DNA of 63,627 nucleotides from Myxococcales bacterium (lineage in GTDB: Bacteria > Myxococcota > UBA727 > VGSZ01). Made by a program: the position numbers and the translations under genes. The DNA lies in assembly GCA_023248635.1 (NCBI GenBank), contig JAHFED010000033.1, positions 1 to 63,627 of the forward strand, written 5' to 3'. The notes beneath the pieces are model-generated. The model made no database searches, had not been told where the DNA came from, and was given only the letters and a program-made list of their open reading frames with translations. Each line of letters opens with the position of its first letter. Positions within the stretch are counted from its first letter, which is position 1. Below are positions 1 to 9,215 of the stretch, piece after piece.

Positions 1-234
1 AGCCGCTTCGCGGCCGCCGCCTCCTCGCTGGAGGGCGTTCGGAGCCATTGCATTGGCTCCGTAGATCACCGCCGGACGACGACGTCGATCCCCCCGTTGC
101 CTATGCGGATCGGCTCTCTAACAGGCTGCTGAAAAACGAAGTTTTCAGGCAGACGCGTCCTTGGGAGGGAGGCTCGTCGAGGCTTCGCCTCGACGAGGGA
201 GGGTCTGGGACAGACCCTCCGGAAGTACAGCAGG

Positions 235-1209
235 GTGCGAAAAACGGAGTTTTTCCGCACCCTGCTAGCCTGGGCGATGTCCTTGCGACCCTTTCAGCAG
301 CTGCCCTTTGCCGAGATCCCGGCGCTCCCGCGCATCCCCCACCCCTACTTCTCCGTGCCCACGCGGGAGGTGCAGGTCGACGTCGACGGCGTCGGCGTTT
401 CCACCCATGTGAAGGTGCACGGCCAGGGACCACCACTGCTGCTGGTGCATGGGTTGATGACGTCGTCGTATTCCTTTCGCTACGTCGTCGAGCCGCTGGG
501 GCAGCACTTCACTTGCTATGTGCCCGACCTGCCCGGCGCCGGCCAGACCGAGGCCGTCGACGTCCCTTACACGCCGGCCTTCTTGGGTCGCTTCCTGCTC
601 GCTCTCACGGGCGCCCTCGGCATCGGGGGTTGCGCCTGCGTCGCCAACTCCATGGGCGGATACGTCGCCATGATCGCCGTCCTCGACGCCGACGCGGCTT
701 CCTTTTCTCGCCTGGTGGTGCTGCATGCCCCGGCCGTTGCACTGCGGCGCCACCGCTTGTTGGGCCTTGCCATTCGCTTGCCGGGATCGGCGCATCTGCT
801 CGACGCCTTAGTGCGCAGAAACCCCCAGAAGTGGGCCCACCAAAAGGTCCACTACCAAGACGAGACCCTCAAGAGCCAAGAAGAAGCGAAGGCCTACGGC
901 GCACCTTTGTCGACGTCGCAGGGACGCAAGGCCTTCTGGCGTTATCTGCACGACACCATGGACGAACGCGTGCTGCAGAAGTTCGAGCGCGACCTGCAAG
1001 CCCGGCGCGATCGGGGCCAGCCTTTCCCCATCCCGCTGCAGCTGCAGTATGTCGCCTACGATCCCATGGTCCCCGCAATCACCGGACCGCGCCTGCGCAG
1101 CTACCTCCCCGACGCCGACTACGTGGAATTGTCCCAGGGCTCGCACTTCGCCCACGTCGACGCCGTTGGTGCTTTCTTGGCACCGACCTTGGAGTTCCTG
1201 AGACGCTGA
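235..1209 (+). CDS. alpha/beta-fold hydrolase
   Basis: Translation has an HG oxyanion motif (LLLVHGLMTSS) and a nucleophile elbow GxSxG (ANSMGGYV). A more likely start is the ATG at 277 (MSLRPFQQ). It lies in a different frame from the Arg-rich junk ORF 48..1430. Confidence 0.7.
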   Translation: MRKTEFFRTLLAWAMSLRPFQQLPFAEIPALPRIPHPYFSVPTREVQVDVDGVGVSTHVKVHGQGPPLLLVHGLMTSSYSFRYVVEPLGQHFTCYVPDLPGAGQTEAVDVPYTPAFLGRFLLALTGALGIGGCACVANSMGGYVAMIAVLDADAASFSRLVVLHAPAVALRRHRLLGLAIRLPGSAHLLDALVRRNPQKWAHQKVHYQDETLKSQEEAKAYGAPLSTSQGRKAFWRYLHDTMDERVLQKFERDLQARRDRGQPFPIPLQLQYVAYDPMVPAITGPRLRSYLPDADYVELSQGSHFAHVDAVGAFLAPTLEFLRR

Positions 1210-1271
1210 GCGCTGGGCGCTTCGGATGCCTTCTCGCTGACGCGGAGCGGGCGGTCGCGCGCCAACGGGCC

Positions 1272-1372
1272 ACCCGGACTGAGGGCAGAGACGGCGGTGA
1301 ATTCACCGGCAGCGCTGCGCGTGTCGGTGAATTGTCTACAGGTTCATCGCCTGGCGGCGACGAATTCACGCT
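1272..1372. repeat. Modular palindromic intergenic repeat, copy A: conserved leader cccggNctgagggcagag plus 1.5 hairpin modules
   Basis: Leader ...cccggactgagggcagag is followed by caccggcagcgctgcgcgtgtcggtg (8-bp stem) and gaattgtctacaggttcatcgcctggcggcgacgaattc (9-bp stem ttcatcgcc/ggcgacgaa). The same unit is seen at 8322-8440 and, inverted, at 20103-20345. It lies between the hydrolase and recQ. Confidence 0.75.
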
Positions 1373-1426
1373 GGCGTTTGGCGATCACCTGCACAAAAGT
1401 CCAGGTCCCTTCGGAGGAACAGGAGC

Positions 1427-3607
1427 ATGACCGCGCCATCCCTCGTTCCTTCCTTGCCCGCCTTGGCGGCGGCGTCGACGTCGGTGCTGTTGAGGCAGCT
1501 GCTGGCCGAGCGCTTCGGCTTCAGCGCCTTTCGCCCCCACCAAGAGGCCGTGTGCGAAGCCGCCGCCGACGGACGCGACGCCTTGGTGGTCATGCCCACC
1601 GGGGCCGGCAAATCCCTCTGCTACCAGCTGCCCGGACTCTTGCGCCGCAAGCGGGGCGTTCCCACCGGCGTCGGGGGCTGCGTCGTCGTCGTCAGTCCCT
1701 TGATTGCCCTCATGGAGGACCAGGTCTCAAAGATGCTCGAGAAGGGCTTCGCTGCCGAGCGCATCCACTCGGGTTGCGAGCGCGAGGCGTCGCGGGAATC
1801 GTGCCGGCGCTACTTGCGCGGCGAGCTCGACTTCTTGTTCTTCGCGCCCGAGCGGCTGGCCATCCGCGGTTTTCCCGAGATGCTCGCCAAGCGCACGCCG
1901 GCGCTGGTCGCCATCGACGAAGCCCACTGCATTTCTCATTGGGGTCACGATTTCCGTCCCGAGTACCGCATGCTCGGCGAGCGCCTGCCCCTGCTGCGGC
2001 CCGCGCCCATCCTCGCGCTGACGGCGACGGCGACGCCGGTGGTGCAAGACGACATCGTCGAACAGCTGCGCTTGGGATCGGCAGGCGGTGGACAAGGCGA
2101 GGCCCGACGCTTCATCCATGGTTTCCGACGGGAGAACATCGCCCTCGAGGTCGTCGACTGTGCCCCCACCCAACGACGCGCACTGGCAGCCAAAGCCGTC
2201 GCCGACGCCTCGTGCCGCCCGGCCATCCTCTATGCACCCACGCGCAAAGACGCCGAAGAAATCGCCGCCGAATTCGCCAGCGAAGGCCTGCCCGTCGCTG
2301 CCTACCACGCGGGCTTGCCACCCCGGCAGCGCGAGGCCGTGCAAAATGCCTTCGGCAAGGGCGCCATCGACGTCGTCGTCGCCACCATCGCTTTTGGCAT
2401 GGGGGTCGACAAAGCCGATGTGCGCACGGTGGTGCACCTGGCCTTGCCGCAGTCCCTCGAGTCCTACTCCCAAGAGGTGGGGCGCGCGGGACGCGATGGA
2501 CAGCCCAGCCGCGCCTTGCTGCTCGGGTCCTTGGTCGACGCCCGCATGCACGGCTTCTTTCTCGAGCGCGACTATCCCTCGTCGTCGACGCTGGGACGCT
2601 TGTGGCGCGCCTTGCCCGAGCACGAGCCTGAAGGCGAAGAGCAGATCCGCCGACGTTGCGGCCTCGACGACGACGCCTTTGCCAAGTGCCTCGAGAAGCT
2701 GTGGATCCACGGGGGAGCTGTGGGCGTCGGCGCTTCTTGGCAGAGGGGCCACGATGCTTGGGAGCGGCCTTATCTGGCCCAAAAGAGGCACAAGGAGCAG
2801 CAGATCGCGGGCATGTCGCGCTTTCTCGACGAGAAGGCCTGTCGGCAGCTGGCCTTGCTGAGGCACTTCGGCGACGACGACAACCAGGGGGCCTGTGGCA
2901 TCTGCGATGCCTGCGATCCCACGGGCTGTCGGCTGCGGCTGACCCGCGCGGTCACCGACGACGAAGACCGGATGATCAAGGCCATCGAGACCCGCTTGGC
3001 CACGGCCGGGCAGCGCGGGCTCGGGACCGGCAAGCTCTTCAGCGAATCCCTCGAGGTGCAAGGGGTCGATCGCCGCTCCTTCGAGCACCTGCTGGGTGCG
3101 CTGGTGCGGGCCGGACGCGTGCACATCGAGGAGCGCAGCTTCGTCAACGAGCAGGGCGCCACGGTGAAGTACCAGTGCGCCACCCTCGACCCCCGCGCCG
3201 GCGGCGCCTCCCTGGCGCTCTTCGTCTCGGCCCGGGCCGAAGGGAGCGCGGGCAAGAAGGGCACAAGGAAAAAGGCAGCGCCCCCCCGCAAAAGAGCGGG
3301 AGCGAGCGGCCGCAGCGATCGTACCCCCGACGTGCAATGGGCCGAAGCACCCGCCGATGTCGTCGCCCGCTTGCGCGCCTGGAGGCTCAAAGAGGCACAG
3401 GCCAAGAAGGCGCCGGCCTTCACGGTGTTTTCCGATCGGGTGTTGTTGGGCATCGCCACGGCGCGACCCCGCACGGCCGAAGACCTGATGCGCATTCCGG
3501 GCATCCCCAAACGCCTCCTGGCCAGCAAGACCAACGAGCTCTTGGCCCTCGTCGACAGCTCTGGCTCCGTCGGCGATGGGGACTTCTCCGCCGTGATCGA
3601 CGGCTAA
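1427..3607 (+). CDS. recQ: ATP-dependent DNA helicase RecQ
   Basis: RecQ N-terminus FGFSAFRPHQ, Walker A MPTGAGKSLCYQLP, DEAH box (VAIDEAHCISHWGHDFRPEY), helicase C motifs, a Zn-binding Cys cluster (CGICDAC) and a C-terminal HRDC-like segment (VFSDRVLLGIATARPRTAEDLMRIPGI). Confidence 0.92.
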   Translation: MTAPSLVPSLPALAAASTSVLLRQLLAERFGFSAFRPHQEAVCEAAADGRDALVVMPTGAGKSLCYQLPGLLRRKRGVPTGVGGCVVVVSPLIALMEDQVSKMLEKGFAAERIHSGCEREASRESCRRYLRGELDFLFFAPERLAIRGFPEMLAKRTPALVAIDEAHCISHWGHDFRPEYRMLGERLPLLRPAPILALTATATPVVQDDIVEQLRLGSAGGGQGEARRFIHGFRRENIALEVVDCAPTQRRALAAKAVADASCRPAILYAPTRKDAEEIAAEFASEGLPVAAYHAGLPPRQREAVQNAFGKGAIDVVVATIAFGMGVDKADVRTVVHLALPQSLESYSQEVGRAGRDGQPSRALLLGSLVDARMHGFFLERDYPSSSTLGRLWRALPEHEPEGEEQIRRRCGLDDDAFAKCLEKLWIHGGAVGVGASWQRGHDAWERPYLAQKRHKEQQIAGMSRFLDEKACRQLALLRHFGDDDNQGACGICDACDPTGCRLRLTRAVTDDEDRMIKAIETRLATAGQRGLGTGKLFSESLEVQGVDRRSFEHLLGALVRAGRVHIEERSFVNEQGATVKYQCATLDPRAGGASLALFVSARAEGSAGKKGTRKKAAPPRKRAGASGRSDRTPDVQWAEAPADVVARLRAWRLKEAQAKKAPAFTVFSDRVLLGIATARPRTAEDLMRIPGIPKRLLASKTNELLALVDSSGSVGDGDFSAVIDG

Positions 3608-3634
3608 CCTCTTGGATTGTGCGAGCCTGCACCC

Positions 3635-4669
3635 ATGCCTCGTTACGACGACGTCAGAGCCTCGCTGCTCAAAGATCCCCGCACTTGGGTGGTCACCGGT
3701 GCTGCGGGCTTCATCGGCAGCCATCTCGTCGAAGAGTTGCTCGGGCTCCAACAGCGCGTGATCGGTTTGGATAATTTTTCGACGGGCAAGCGCGAGAACA
3801 TCAGCGACGTCGCCCGCGGCCACCCCGCCTTCACCTTCTACGAGGGAGACATCAACGATCGGGGCCTCGTCGACGTCGCTGTCGTCGGCGCCGACTTCGT
3901 GCTGCACCAGGCAGCGCTCGGATCGGTGCCCCGCTCCATCAAAGATCCCCAAGCAGCCCACCACGCCAACGTTGACGGCTTCTTCACCACGGCCCTCGCG
4001 GCCAAAGACGCGCGCATCAAGAGATTCGTCTATGCGTCGTCCTCTTCAGTGTATGGTGATAATCCCGACCTTCCCAAAATCGAAGACACAATCGGACAGC
4101 CGTTGTCGCCGTATGCTGCCACCAAGCGCATCGACGAAATCTATGCTCATTCCTTGCAGGTCTCATACGGATTAGAGTTCATTGGATTGCGCTACTTCAA
4201 TGTCTTCGGACCCCGCCAAGACAAAGACTCCGCCTACGCCGCTGTCATCCCGGTCTGGGTCGGCGCGCTCTTGCAGGGCACGCCCTGCGTGATCAACGGC
4301 GACGGCGAAACCAGCCGCGACTTCTGCTTCGTGAAAAACGCGGTACAAGCCAACATCCTCGCCGCCACCGCGCCCGACTCGGCCAGCGACGAGGTCTACA
4401 ACGTCGCCTGCGGGACCCGCACGACGCTGGCCACCCTCTACGCCCTCTTGCGCGCAGGGCTGGTGCGCATGCACGTCGATGCGCCAGCGACGGCGGGGCC
4501 TACCTTCGGACCCTTCCGCGCGGGCGATGTGCGTCACTCCCTGGCCGACATCAGCAAAGCCCAAAAGCAGCTCGGCTACGCACCCACCCACGACGTCGAA
4601 CAAGGTCTGGCCGAAGCCCTGGCCTGGTACGTCAGCTCCCACACCCTGCCGCAGAGGAAGCCGGGATGA
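3635..4669 (+). CDS. UDP-N-acetylglucosamine 4-epimerase (WbpP/VipB/TviC family short-chain dehydrogenase)
   Basis: Near-colinear with P. aeruginosa WbpP as I remember it: WVVTGAAGFIGSHLVEEL, LDNFSTGKRENI, HQAALGSVPRSIKDP, YASSSSVYGD, PLSPYAATK, RYFNVFGPRQD, INGDGETSRDFCF, GDVRHSLADISKA. Length 344 aa against 341 for WbpP. Confidence 0.88.
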   Translation: MPRYDDVRASLLKDPRTWVVTGAAGFIGSHLVEELLGLQQRVIGLDNFSTGKRENISDVARGHPAFTFYEGDINDRGLVDVAVVGADFVLHQAALGSVPRSIKDPQAAHHANVDGFFTTALAAKDARIKRFVYASSSSVYGDNPDLPKIEDTIGQPLSPYAATKRIDEIYAHSLQVSYGLEFIGLRYFNVFGPRQDKDSAYAAVIPVWVGALLQGTPCVINGDGETSRDFCFVKNAVQANILAATAPDSASDEVYNVACGTRTTLATLYALLRAGLVRMHVDAPATAGPTFGPFRAGDVRHSLADISKAQKQLGYAPTHDVEQGLAEALAWYVSSHTLPQRKPG

Positions 4670-6297
4670 GCGCGGCCGTCGTCGTCGTCGTCGTCCACCT
4701 CCTGCTGGGTGCTGACGCTGCTCCCTGCGCCAGCCCCCGCCAGGCCGCAGCCACCATCCTCGGCAATCTGAACGCGGCCGGCGGCAAGGCGAGCGGGCCC
4801 GAGGTCAGGCGCGCTCTGCGTTGCGTCGACGTTCCCACCGGCATGAGCGCGCTCACCCTCGCCGAGCGCTTGGCGACTCTGCAAGACGCCCTCGACTCCG
4901 CGGGCATCGTGGTCCGGCCCCAGGACATCCCCGATGATGCCCACCATCTCGATCCGCGCAGCTTCTTGCCCGAGTTCGTGCTGACGCCCTCATTGCCGCG
5001 CGTCCGCCTGGTGCAGAACGACGAGGGCGAGTGGAAACTGCCCGCCGACGTGCTGCGCGACGCCGACGCCATCCACAACGACGTCGTCGCCATCGACCTG
5101 CAACGCCTCAGCAAGAAGCTCGGACCCAGCTGGCACCAAAAAGCCCTCGGCATCGAAGCCTGGCAAGCCGCCGGCTTCGTCGTCGTCGTCGTCGCCGCCG
5201 TGCTCTTGCGCCTGCTCTTGGCGCTGTTGCTGCTGCGCCAGCTCACGCTGCTCTTGAAGGCGGTGGGCCTCGAGGTGGAGTTCCAAGAGCTCAAGGCAGC
5301 GGCCCGACCCGTGGGCTTCATCCTCGGCTGCGTGGTCGTCGGCGTCTTCGCTCCGACCTTGGCGTTGCCCGCTGCGGTGACGGCTTTGGTGCTCGGGGGC
5401 ACCCGCCTGATCGCCGCAGTGTCTTTGGTGTGGCTCGCGTTTCGCCTCGTCGACATCGCCGCGCGCCATTTCGCCAAGCGCGCCACGGGCACCCACACGC
5501 GCATGGACGATCACCTCGTGCCCCTGCTCTCGCGCATGGCCAAGCTCGTGGTCCTGGTGCTCGGCGCGGTGCTCGGTCTGCAGCTCGTTGGCATCGATGT
5601 GGGCTCGCTGGTCGCTGGCCTCGGCATCGGCGGGCTCGCGGTGGCCTTGGCGGCGAAAGACACCATTGGCAATCTATTCGGATCAATTGCAATATTTTTG
5701 GACAGACCATTTCAGATCGGAGATTGGGTCATCTTGAATCACGGCGCCGTCGAAGGCACCGTCGAGAACGTTGGATTTCGCAGCACCCAAATTCGCACCA
5801 TTCGAGACACGGTCATTAGCGTGCCAAATGCGAAATTAGCCGACGCTGAAGTCGACAACGCCGGCGCCCGCCGCTACCGCCGCCTGCATTTCCTGGTGTC
5901 GTTCACGCTCGACGCTTCGGCTGCCCAGCTCGAGGCCTTCGCCCGCGCCGCCCGCGGCTGCCTCTTGCGGCGGGAGCGGGTGCAAAAGAGCGGCATCGAG
6001 GTGCACGTCCACGAGCTCACGGCCGGAGTGGTGCAAGTCCTGGTGCACTGCTATGTCGTCGAGGCCACCTGGTCGGCGGAGCTGCACAGCCGCCAGGAGG
6101 TGCTGCTCGATCTCTTGCGCATCGCCGCCGACCTGGGCCTGCAGCTGGCTTCGGCCCGCACCCTGCACATCGCAGCCGAAAACCCAGCCGCGCTCTCGTC
6201 GTCGGAGCTGGAGGCCCGCGTGGCCCGCTGGTCGGCAGCGCCGAGTCCGGAAACCCCAGCGCGTCCGAACAGTCCAGCCTCAGAAGCGTCGTCGTGA
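4666..6297 (+). CDS. mechanosensitive ion channel, MscS family (large N-terminal extension)
   Basis: MscS core LVAGLGIGGLAVALAAKDTIGNLFGSIAIFLDRPFQIGDWV followed by a beta domain, with an extended N-terminal membrane region. The start overlaps the epimerase stop (ATGA). Confidence 0.8.
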   Translation: MSAAVVVVVVHLLLGADAAPCASPRQAAATILGNLNAAGGKASGPEVRRALRCVDVPTGMSALTLAERLATLQDALDSAGIVVRPQDIPDDAHHLDPRSFLPEFVLTPSLPRVRLVQNDEGEWKLPADVLRDADAIHNDVVAIDLQRLSKKLGPSWHQKALGIEAWQAAGFVVVVVAAVLLRLLLALLLLRQLTLLLKAVGLEVEFQELKAAARPVGFILGCVVVGVFAPTLALPAAVTALVLGGTRLIAAVSLVWLAFRLVDIAARHFAKRATGTHTRMDDHLVPLLSRMAKLVVLVLGAVLGLQLVGIDVGSLVAGLGIGGLAVALAAKDTIGNLFGSIAIFLDRPFQIGDWVILNHGAVEGTVENVGFRSTQIRTIRDTVISVPNAKLADAEVDNAGARRYRRLHFLVSFTLDASAAQLEAFARAARGCLLRRERVQKSGIEVHVHELTAGVVQVLVHCYVVEATWSAELHSRQEVLLDLLRIAADLGLQLASARTLHIAAENPAALSSSELEARVARWSAAPSPETPARPNSPASEASS

Positions 6298-6782
6298 GGC
6301 CCCGCACGCCCGCCGGCGAAAAGCCGCTGACCCAGAGGTCGCTCGCGCGCAGCGCCCTGTGGCACCTCGGACGCCGGGCTTTGACGACGGCGGAGTTGCG
6401 CGCTCGCTTGCAGAAAAAGGCCGCCCGCCACCCCCCGCACCCCGAGTCGACGGCCTGGATCGAAGCGCTGGTGGTGCGTTTGTCATCGAGTCTGATCCTC
6501 GACGATGCCCGGGTGGTCCACGGTCGCATCGAGAGCGCCCGCGCCCGGGGTTGGTCGCGGTGCCGCATCGAGCAGAAGCTCCGCGGCGTCGACAGCGACG
6601 TCAAGGATCAAGCCTTCGCCGCCGTCGACGCTCCTTCCTTGCAGGCCGAGCTCGACGCCGCCCTGATCTACGCCCAGAAAAAACGCCTCGCGCAGAAGGA
6701 GCCGCGCAAGGCTTTGGCGGCCTTGGCCCGGCAGGGCTTCTCCTTCTCGACGGCCCAAGCCGCCCTCAAAGCGGGGTCTTGA
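6294..6782 (+). CDS. recX: RecX-family regulatory protein
   Basis: Matches the RecX three-repeat helical pattern (ALWHLGRRALTTAELRARL...; LILDDARVVHGRIESARARGWSRCRIEQKLRGV; AALIYAQKK). GTG start overlaps the mscS stop. No recA is adjacent. Confidence 0.55.
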   Translation: MRPRTPAGEKPLTQRSLARSALWHLGRRALTTAELRARLQKKAARHPPHPESTAWIEALVVRLSSSLILDDARVVHGRIESARARGWSRCRIEQKLRGVDSDVKDQAFAAVDAPSLQAELDAALIYAQKKRLAQKEPRKALAALARQGFSFSTAQAALKAGS

Positions 6783-6793
6783 AGTTTGGATGT

Positions 6794-7582
6794 TCAAGAT
6801 GCAGCGAGAGAAAGATCGGGCACGCCGAAGCGCTGCTCGATCTTGCTCAGCAAGAAGCGCCACACGGGGCCGTCGACGAGGCGGGCGTCGACGAAGACGT
6901 GGAAGTTGGCACGCTGCGTTTCTTCGAAGGCCGCGCGCTCGAGGCGACGCATCATCTCCAGCCCCTCACGGCGGGCGGCTTCACTGGGCGCGTAGCGGGT
7001 CGTGATCGCGAGGCAGTACTTGAGGTGGCGCTCCTCATCGGCGGCGACGGCGGCGAACACGGCCACGGTCTCGTCGTCGCCCACGCTGGCAAAGGCATCC
7101 ATCATGCGGCCGAACTGGCGCAAGGCACGCTCCTCGAGCACCTGCAAGAGCAGGTAGGCCTCGAAGACGCCGTGGCGGTCCCGCACCGGGCGGCGCTGAA
7201 AAGCGATCTGCCGGTCGAGGTGGGCCATGAGGTCCGTCGCCGGCGGCGTCATCAAGGGCGCCTCTCCCTGGGCCTTGGCGCGAGCCAAGAAGAGCTGCTC
7301 GTGGCGGTGCTCGTCACTTTGGTGCACGCGCACGAGCTTTTTGACTTCGTCGTCGTCGACGGAGGCCAAGATGTGCTCGAACACCCCCGTCTCGCCGTCG
7401 GTGCCCTCGGAGCGAGCGACCTGCATCAGCAGCGTGGCCCGCCCCCGCGGCGTCGACACCAGCTGGCGCAGGAATTGTTTCTCGAAGAGGGAGGCGATGG
7501 GCGAGGGCAAGAGCGACACGGGAGACTCCTGTTTCTTGGGAGGGAACTTCTGACTTGATGACCGTTTTGGTATTTCGGTCAC
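6794..7582 (-). CDS. ferritin-like di-iron domain protein
   Basis: Two E...ExxH-type motifs (VHQSDEHRHEQLF; AADEERHLKY) in a helical protein. It sits 56 bp downstream of the TetR gene on the same strand. Confidence 0.5.
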   Translation of the reverse strand: MTEIPKRSSSQKFPPKKQESPVSLLPSPIASLFEKQFLRQLVSTPRGRATLLMQVARSEGTDGETGVFEHILASVDDDEVKKLVRVHQSDEHRHEQLFLARAKAQGEAPLMTPPATDLMAHLDRQIAFQRRPVRDRHGVFEAYLLLQVLEERALRQFGRMMDAFASVGDDETVAVFAAVAADEERHLKYCLAITTRYAPSEAARREGLEMMRRLERAAFEETQRANFHVFVDARLVDGPVWRFLLSKIEQRFGVPDLSLAAS

Positions 7583-7638
7583 TCCCAGACCTGCAAATCA
7601 TTGGCGCTCCGGGAGCACGCCAGCGACGACGACGACGG

Positions 7639-8238
7639 CTACGCCTTGGTGGGGGGAGCGTGAAGGGTGAGGCCGCGCAGCACAAGGTCGAAGGCCGACT
7701 TGGTGCGCCGGGCGAGGCGGAGGGGATCGCTCACGCGGCCCACCACGAACATCACGGTGGCGGTGTGGAGATCGAGGAGGATGCGAGCGACTTCGTCGAC
7801 GTCGAGGTCGGGCCGAAACCGCCCCTGTTCGATGCCGATCTCCAGCACTTCGACGATGGGCTTCATGCCGATGCTGCGCAGCTCGTCGAAGCGGTCCTTG
7901 AGCTCGGGGAGCACCTCGTGGTGGCCGCCCATCAAGAGCTCGCGCACCAGCGGTCGCTCGTCCATGGTCGCCAACGACGACAGCGCCAGCTCGGTCAGCA
8001 GCTGATCAGCCGGACGCCGGGGGTCGATGCGCTTTTGCAGGGACGCATTCCAGTCGCGCACCTCGCGCAGCAACACCTCGTAAAAGAGGTCCTTCTTCGA
8101 CGCCGCCGCGAGGTAGACCGTGCCTTTGCCGACGCCGGCGCGCCGAGCGATGTCGTCGACGCTGGCCTTTTGGAAGCCCAGCTTTGCGAAGCACTTGCAG
8201 GCCTCGCTCAAAATCGACTCGCGCTTGGCGGCTTCCAC
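7639..8238 (-). CDS. TetR/AcrR family transcriptional regulator
   Basis: N-terminal TetR HTH ILSEACKCFAKLGFQKASVDDIARRAGVGKGTVYLAA. Confidence 0.85.
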   Translation of the reverse strand: MEAAKRESILSEACKCFAKLGFQKASVDDIARRAGVGKGTVYLAAASKKDLFYEVLLREVRDWNASLQKRIDPRRPADQLLTELALSSLATMDERPLVRELLMGGHHEVLPELKDRFDELRSIGMKPIVEVLEIGIEQGRFRPDLDVDEVARILLDLHTATVMFVVGRVSDPLRLARRTKSAFDLVLRGLTLHAPPTKA

Positions 8239-8321
8239 GACGGCTCCGGCAGTGAACTGACTATTTTTCGATTCTGGTCACCGCCGCGCCTGAAGTCAAG
8301 CCGGCGATCCCCGGACGGGCC

Positions 8322-8440
8322 GCCCGGCCTGAGGGCAGAGAATTGTCTACAGGTTCATCGCCTGGCGGCGATGAATTCACCGACAGCGCTGCGCGTGTCG
8401 GTGAATTGTCTACAGGTTCATCGCCTGGCGGCGATGAATT
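8322..8440. repeat. Modular palindromic intergenic repeat, copy B (leader plus 1.6 modules)
   Basis: gcccggcctgagggcagag + gaattgtctacaggttcatcgcctggcggcgatgaattcaccgacagcgctgcgcgtgtcggt + gaattgtctacaggttcatcgcctggcggcgatgaatt. Same family as copies A and C. Confidence 0.8.
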
Positions 8441-8589
8441 TTGCCCCAGTGGGCATTTGTGCCCCGGTCCTGCCGCTGCCGATCGCGCTGCACTCCCGCC
8501 AGGAGTTGGCCTGGCGCTTGAGACGTTCCCTTGGTCCGGCGGCACGTGGCCGCCCGGCCTCAGGGCGCAGCATTTCCACGGGAGTCCCT

Positions 8590-9117
8590 ATGGCCAAAGC
8601 CACGCTCGTCATCGTCGCGTTCCCGCCGTCTCTCGGCCGACGCCTGCACGACGACGGCTCCCTCGACTCCGGCGATCCGCGGCTGCGTGCGGGGCAGGCG
8701 CAGCTCTCGCTCTTTCGCTTGGCCGACGAAGGACGACTGGTGGTGCAAGACGCCGTGCTCGTGACCCGCACCGACGGCGCGCTGCCCTTCGTCGAAGACA
8801 TCGTCGACGACCATGGTGCCGATCCCGCCGCCCGACTGGGAACACCGTTTTGGTGCGCCTTCTTCGGTGCTGCCCTGCACAAGCCCGGCGACGCCGACTT
8901 TGGAGAGCTCAAGAGCGCCGTCGGTCCTGACTCCACCAGCCTGGCGCTGTTGGCCAGCGAGCTCGATCCTCAGGTGGAGCTGCTCTCGTTGGCGGGCGAA
9001 TTGGTCCCGGGCGCGCGGGTCGTGATTCTGGACTTCGTCCGCTGCGTCGACGTCGTGCGCAGCTCTTTGCAGACCGCCCCCGATCCCACCGCAGGCTTTG
9101 CGCAGATGTACGCCTGA
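8590..9117 (+). CDS. hypothetical protein
   Basis: This is the 3' part of the long ORF 7555..9117. Upstream of 8590 that ORF is antisense to the TetR gene and overlaps the repeat, so I place the start at ATG 8590 (MAKATLVIVAFPP). No family recognised. Confidence 0.4.
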   Translation: MAKATLVIVAFPPSLGRRLHDDGSLDSGDPRLRAGQAQLSLFRLADEGRLVVQDAVLVTRTDGALPFVEDIVDDHGADPAARLGTPFWCAFFGAALHKPGDADFGELKSAVGPDSTSLALLASELDPQVELLSLAGELVPGARVVILDFVRCVDVVRSSLQTAPDPTAGFAQMYA

Positions 9118-9215
9118 GTTGGTGCCGGGCCAGCCCGGGGCGTCAGCTGTTCGAACGATGAGACCCGGCCACCCCGGCGCCGCCCTTTCCTGGACCGTGC
9201 GCGGGCTCTCATCAG

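Noticed and set aside
48-1430. 460-aa ORF at the left edge
   Set aside because: It overlaps the alpha/beta hydrolase in another frame. It contains RRRRRRRF-type runs and repeat-derived sequence at its 3' end.
1727-3964. 745-aa ORF antisense to recQ
   Set aside because: Its amino-acid composition is typical of GC-rich antisense reading (Ala/Gly/Arg/Asp-rich, VDDxG runs) and it has no recognisable domain. The opposite strand encodes an unambiguous RecQ.
5640-5830. Local AT-rich patches inside mscS, the TLC-HEAT gene, pepQ-like, acd, RND, MFS and fadN-like genes, which could suggest foreign origin
   Set aside because: The patches coincide with conserved Phe/Ile/Asn/Lys/Tyr/Met-rich motifs, which need AT-rich codons. 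The flanking codon usage is native, and there are no mobile-element signatures.
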